Shown: positions 59,807 to 64,000 of the stretch, one piece after another
Numbering within the stretch: the first letter of the stretch is position 1
Layout of the letters: every line of letters starts with the position of its first letter
Assembly: GCA_963836735.1 (NCBI GenBank)
Contig: CAWIKP010000025.1
Span: forward strand, 253,757-317,756
Length of the DNA: 64,000 nt
Origin: an uncultured Acidobacteriota bacterium
GTDB taxonomy: Bacteria; Acidobacteriota; Vicinamibacteria; Vicinamibacterales; 2-12-FULL-66-21
Reading direction: 5' to 3'
Notes under the pieces: generated by a model
Seen by the model: the letters and a program-made list of their open reading frames with translations, nothing else
What the model was told of the DNA's origin: nothing
Databases searched by the model: none
Made by a program: the position numbers and the translations under genes

Positions 59807-61353
59807 GGGCGTTCCTCGCGCGGATAGAGATGAGGCGCCAGCTTGTGCGCCTGCTCGAAGTGCTGCCGCGCCTCCGCACCCGCGCCCGTCTGCTGCAGGG
59901 CGAGCGCGAGGGCGTGGTGCGCCTCGGCGTTGTCGGCGGCAAGTTTAATCGCCTCTCTGAATTGTGCGATCGCCGCAGCCCGGTCGCCGCTCTTCAATTT
60001 CTGCCGGCCGACGCTCAGTGCGAACGCCGACGCCTGGGCGTCGGCCTTGCGGCGAGCGAGGCGGTCCGCCTCGTGACGCGCCGTGTTCGCGCCCGGGCCG
60101 TCGCCCTTCTGCTGCAGCACCTGCGCCAGGCTCTGGTGCGCCTCGATCGAGTCCGGCCGCAGCCGGACGGCCTCCTTGAACTCGGCGAGGGCCTCGTCCG
60201 TCCGCCCGCCCGTTCTCAGGAGCGTGCCGAGCATGTAGTGCGCATCGGCGGAGTCCTTGTTGCGCTTGATGGCTTCCCTGAACAGCTGTTCGGCCTCGGC
60301 GGCCCGGCCGGTCTGCCAGAGGACCACGCCCAGCGTGAACGGCGGATCGCTGAGATGGGAATCGAGCGCGACCGCGCGGCGCAACGCGACCTCGGCGCGA
60401 TCGAAGTCATCCCGCTGTTTGAGCGCGACCCCGAGGTTGTAGAAGGCCTCGGCATTGTCGGGCTGCTCGCTGGTGAGGCCGTCGAGGAGCTCGACGGCCC
60501 CGGCCAGGTCTCCCTGGTGCATCAGCGTGGTTGCGAGATTCAGCCTGCCGGCAGCGAAGGACGGATGCGCAGCAATCAGCTTGCGGAACGTGTCGACAGC
60601 CTCCGCGCCATTGCCGCTCTGCATCAGCGCGAGCCCCAGACTGTTGAGCGCGTCGGGAACCGATGGATCGAGCGCCACCGCCCGCCGCAGGGTCGTGACG
60701 GCGCCCTCGAGATCACCGAGACCCTGCAGCGCCACTCCCAGCTGCAGATACGCCTGGGCGAGCGACGGTGAGAGGCGGACCGCTTCGCGCAGCTGTGTCA
60801 CTGCCTCCGGAATCCGGCCCAACTGACGCAGCGTCGTGCCAAGGTAGTACCGGGCCTCGGCATGATCGGGCCGGAGACGGACCGCCGCGCGCAACGGTCC
60901 GAGCGCACCTTCCAGATCACGAGTCCACCATCTCGTGGCGCCGAGGTGATACTGCGCGTCGAACAGCGTGGGATCGAGCTTGATCGCGCGGGCGAATTCC
61001 GCCAGAGCCTCGGGAATGCGATTCTGGCGTCCGAGCACGAAGCCCAGCTTGTCATGCGCGACCGCGCTGCCGGACCGCGCCCGCACCGCGCGTTCGTAGG
61101 CGCTCGTCGCACCGGTCAGTTCCCCGCGGGCTTCCAGCAGCTCTCCAAGCATCACCAGGGCGTCGTACCTATGCGGCTCGGCAGCGAGGATTTTCTGAAC
61201 CGCCTGCTCTGCGGCCTCCGTCCGGCCCGCCGCGGCCAGATCGCGGGCCTCCTTGAGGCGCGCGGCCTCGCCAGCCGACCCCGTCTGCGCATCGGCCCGG
61301 GCAACCGCCAACGAGAGGCACACCCAGACGACGAGGCTGCGGCACGACCACAC
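59803..61353 (-). CDS. TPR-repeat protein with signal peptide (first gene of the operon)
   Basis: MWSCRSLVVWVCLSLAVARADA signal peptide, then approximately 13 TPR units. Confidence 0.8.
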   Translation of the reverse strand: MWSCRSLVVWVCLSLAVARADAQTGSAGEAARLKEARDLAAAGRTEAAEQAVQKILAAEPHRYDALVMLGELLEARGELTGATSAYERAVRARSGSAVAHDKLGFVLGRQNRIPEALAEFARAIKLDPTLFDAQYHLGATRWWTRDLEGALGPLRAAVRLRPDHAEARYYLGTTLRQLGRIPEAVTQLREAVRLSPSLAQAYLQLGVALQGLGDLEGAVTTLRRAVALDPSVPDALNSLGLALMQSGNGAEAVDTFRKLIAAHPSFAAGRLNLATTLMHQGDLAGAVELLDGLTSEQPDNAEAFYNLGVALKQRDDFDRAEVALRRAVALDSHLSDPPFTLGVVLWQTGRAAEAEQLFREAIKRNKDSADAHYMLGTLLRTGGRTDEALAEFKEAVRLRPDSIEAHQSLAQVLQQKGDGPGANTARHEADRLARRKADAQASAFALSVGRQKLKSGDRAAAIAQFREAIKLAADNAEAHHALALALQQTGAGAEARQHFEQAHKLAPHLYPREERP

Positions 61354-61707
61354 CGGGCGATTCTAACGCTGGGGCAGCGCGGGGGAAGCCACTTAGGCGA
61401 ATCCTGCTTTTCAACCTTGGATTTAGGGCCGTCCCCGGTGTGATGCGGATCAAAATGGGACATTCTTACAACGGCGTGTTTCATTTTGAGGATGCTGCCC
61501 TAACCTGCCTGCTCACTGCTACTTGGAAGGATCCGCCGCGAAAGCGAAGTTTCAGAACGAGACACTCGGACAGAATCGTCAGGTGATTACAGTCGAGTAA
61601 GAACGTAAGCGCTTAATTATCAAATAGTTACAAGATCATCAGCACAAGCTCAACGGATCTGTCTTTGCTTCGATCCTTTTCGGGCTCGGGGGGAATCCGG
61701 AGGGGAA

Positions 61708-63738
61708 ATGGGGACACTCGGTCGAAAGGCTGTCTGGGGAGCGGTGATTGCGCTGTCGGTGCTCGTTCCGGCAACATCCGCGTCCGCCTCGGGCAAGCTT
61801 CTCAATGTCGATAGATTGCTGCAGGACGGACCGTCCGGGTCCGCGCAGCGCGTCATCATCCGGGTCAGGCCGGAAGCCAGGGAGCGAATCGGGAAGCGCC
61901 TGCCGCGTCGCGGACGTGGGCCAGTCTTCCACAAGGTCATCTCGGCGGCCAGCGCGGAGCTGGACGCGCGTGAGATTGCCGAACTCGCGAGCGATCCGGA
62001 CGTCCTGTCCATCTCCACCGACGCCGACGTGACGTCGTCCGCTTCGGGTTCGAAGGGCGGCGGCAGCACGACCGTATCCGGCACGACCACGCCAACGGAC
62101 ATCAGCTCCGCCACCAGCTTCAGCACGCAGGCCTGGCCGGTCAGCGTGGTTCAGAAGTCGCTCGGCCTCGAGAAGTGGTACAGCGGCTCCAGCCTGACGG
62201 TCGCGGTGATCGACTCCGGCGTCCAGTCCAGCGTTGACTTCAGCAACCGCATCGTCGGCTTCTATGACTTCGTCGCCGGCAAAGGCGGAGTCGCGACGGC
62301 GCCGATCGACGAGTACGGGCATGGCACCCATGTCGCGGGCCTGATTGGGGCGAGCGGGGCCTCGTCCAACGGCAAGTACGCGGGCGTGGCGCCGGGCATC
62401 AAGATTCTCGGGCTGCGCGTCCTCGACAAGGAGGGCTCGGGTAAGACGAGCGACGTGATCAGCGCACTCGAGTTCGCCATCGCGAACAAGGATCGCTTCA
62501 ACATCCGGATCGTGAACCTGTCGCTCGGTCATCCAATCTTTGAGTCGGCTGCGACCAATCCGCTCGTGCAGGCGGTCGAGGCGGTGGTCCGCGCCGGCAT
62601 CGTCGTGGTCGTTGCGGCCGGCAACAACGGAACGAATCCGACGACCGGTCAGCCCGGTTACGCCGGCATCGCGTCGCCCGGCAACGCCCCCTCGGCCATC
62701 ACGGTTGGCGCGGCCGTGACCGGCGGAACCGACGTCCGGTCCGACGATCAGGTTGCGACGTTCAGCTCGCGCGGTCCGGCCTGGTACGACGGAATCGCCA
62801 AGCCCGACGTGGTTGCGCCGGGATTTGCGCTGGTTTCGAATGAGGCTGACGGCAGCATGCTGGCGACGACCTGTCCTTCGCTCATCGTCCGCGAAGGCAC
62901 GTCGACGTATCTCCGCCTCAACGGCTCGAGCATGGCCACCGGGGTCGTTTCCGGCCTCGTTGCACTGATGATCGAGGCCAACAACTCCGGCGGGTACCAG
63001 CGCTGGCAGTCAGTACAGGAAACGCTCCGCAAGAATCAACGCACCGCGTACGCGGGCGTGCCGGCGCTCACGCCCAACGCGCTCAAGGCGATGCTGCAGT
63101 ACTCGGCCACTCCGCTGCGGAACGCCGAGGGCATACCTTTCGATGCGCTCACCCAGGGGAGCGGCGAGGTCAACGGTGTCGGCGCGCTCGCGCTGGCCTA
63201 CTTCGCCGACACCACCCAGGCTGGCAGCAACTACTGGATGACGACGAACTGGCCTCCGATGACGACCTTCGGCGGCGTCGAAGAGCCCTGGTCGGAGACC
63301 ATCGTCTGGGGCACGCGGCTGATGCGCGGCAGCAGCCTCGTCGAGGTCAATCAACTCGCGTGGGCCAACAACATCGTCTGGGGCACCGGCGAGCTGGACA
63401 ACATCGTGTGGGGCACGTTTTCGGCCGACGACGACAACATCGTCTGGGGCACCTCGACGTCCTGGGACGACAACATCGTCTGGGGTACCAGCCTGTTTCT
63501 CGGCAACGCCGCGTTCGGCGACAACATCGTCTGGGGCACTTCGATGGCCTGGGACGACAACATCGTGTGGGGCACGGGCCTCATCGGCGTGTTCGACGGC
63601 GACAACATCGTCTGGGGCACGATGGCCGACGACGCCGACAACATCGTGTGGGGCACGCTCTTCGAGGACAACATCGTGTGGGGAACCTCGGCGAACAAGG
63701 TGACGATCCTGGGGACGAGCATTGGGGGTGGACTGTGA
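61708..63738 (+). CDS. Secreted subtilisin-like (S8) serine protease with a C-terminal NIVWGT tandem-repeat domain
   Basis: Signal peptide. Catalytic D (VAVIDSG), H (HGTHVAG) and S (GSSMATG). The C-terminal 130 aa consist of about 10 repeats of xxDNIVWGT. Confidence 0.85.
   Translation: MGTLGRKAVWGAVIALSVLVPATSASASGKLLNVDRLLQDGPSGSAQRVIIRVRPEARERIGKRLPRRGRGPVFHKVISAASAELDAREIAELASDPDVLSISTDADVTSSASGSKGGGSTTVSGTTTPTDISSATSFSTQAWPVSVVQKSLGLEKWYSGSSLTVAVIDSGVQSSVDFSNRIVGFYDFVAGKGGVATAPIDEYGHGTHVAGLIGASGASSNGKYAGVAPGIKILGLRVLDKEGSGKTSDVISALEFAIANKDRFNIRIVNLSLGHPIFESAATNPLVQAVEAVVRAGIVVVVAAGNNGTNPTTGQPGYAGIASPGNAPSAITVGAAVTGGTDVRSDDQVATFSSRGPAWYDGIAKPDVVAPGFALVSNEADGSMLATTCPSLIVREGTSTYLRLNGSSMATGVVSGLVALMIEANNSGGYQRWQSVQETLRKNQRTAYAGVPALTPNALKAMLQYSATPLRNAEGIPFDALTQGSGEVNGVGALALAYFADTTQAGSNYWMTTNWPPMTTFGGVEEPWSETIVWGTRLMRGSSLVEVNQLAWANNIVWGTGELDNIVWGTFSADDDNIVWGTSTSWDDNIVWGTSLFLGNAAFGDNIVWGTSMAWDDNIVWGTGLIGVFDGDNIVWGTMADDADNIVWGTLFEDNIVWGTSANKVTILGTSIGGGL
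63370..63700 (+). repeat. In-frame tandem DNA repeat (gacaacatcgt[cg]tggggcac with variable 12-27-nt spacers) encoding the NIVWGT repeats
   Basis: Seen directly: about 10 near-identical 20-mers. Confidence 0.85.
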
Positions 63739-63767
63739 TCGGGTCGATAACGAAGGCGGCCGCGCCG

Positions 63768-64000
63768 ATGCCAGTACAACCAGCGGCCATGAACACCACG
63801 GACTGGCGCCGGGCGCTGCCGGTCCTTCAGGCCGGCGCCGTGACGCTGCGGGAGCTGCAGCTGTCCGACGCCCCGTCGCTTCTCGAGAGGCTGACCACGC
63901 ATGAAGTCGCGCGGTTCATCTCGCCGCCGCCGACCTCGGTCGAGGCCTTCGAGCGATTCATCGACTGGACCCACCGTGAGCGCGCTGCCGGGCGCTATAT
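63768..64000 (+). CDS. GNAT-family N-acetyltransferase (RimJ/RimL-like), 3'-truncated at the window edge
   Basis: …LRELQLSDAPSLLERLTTHEVARFISPPPTSVEAFERFIDW…. Alternative ATG at 63789. Confidence 0.55.
   Translation, partial: MPVQPAAMNTTDWRRALPVLQAGAVTLRELQLSDAPSLLERLTTHEVARFISPPPTSVEAFERFIDWTHRERAAGRY

Overview
This 64-kb window is high-GC (about 68 % by eye) DNA with gene content typical of Acidobacteria. The basis is many FG-GAP/ASPIC-UnbV, TPR and CarboxypepD_reg-type TonB-receptor genes plus an FtsX-like 'orphan' permease; this is inference from gene content, not a database hit. 

The window contains a conserved housekeeping block: tRNA-Leu, tig, clpP, clpX, lon, engB, rho and an intrinsic terminator. 

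Upstream accessory genes, in order, are:
- a 5'-truncated serine hydrolase;
- a coiled-coil/GAF protein flanked by arrays of a 20-nt palindromic repeat;
- a secreted protein and an S9 peptidase;
- a zincin-peptidase/ATP-grasp pair;
- a fragmented BNR/sortilin-like gene;
- a STAS antagonist;
- a TAT glycosidase-like gene and an arylsulfatase;
- an RRM protein and rpoD;
- an M16 peptidase pair, a rhomboid, an acetamidase, and a pmbA/tldD pair;
- a GntR / SPFH / micro-ORF / FtsX-permease cluster;
- mreB, DUF2207, a WYL regulator, egtD/egtB and ku. 

Downstream, on the minus strand, is a five-gene translationally coupled operon: TPR, UnbV, TPR, UnbV, TonB-receptor. An S8 protease with a C-terminal NIVWGT tandem-repeat domain and a 3'-truncated GNAT gene follow. 

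Caveat: many genes, including essential clpP, clpX, tig and engB, carry single-nucleotide frameshifts. The assembly therefore appears indel-prone, and most 'pseudogenes' here are probably artefacts. Hand-derived coordinates may be off by a few nucleotides; coordinates taken from the ORF track are exact.
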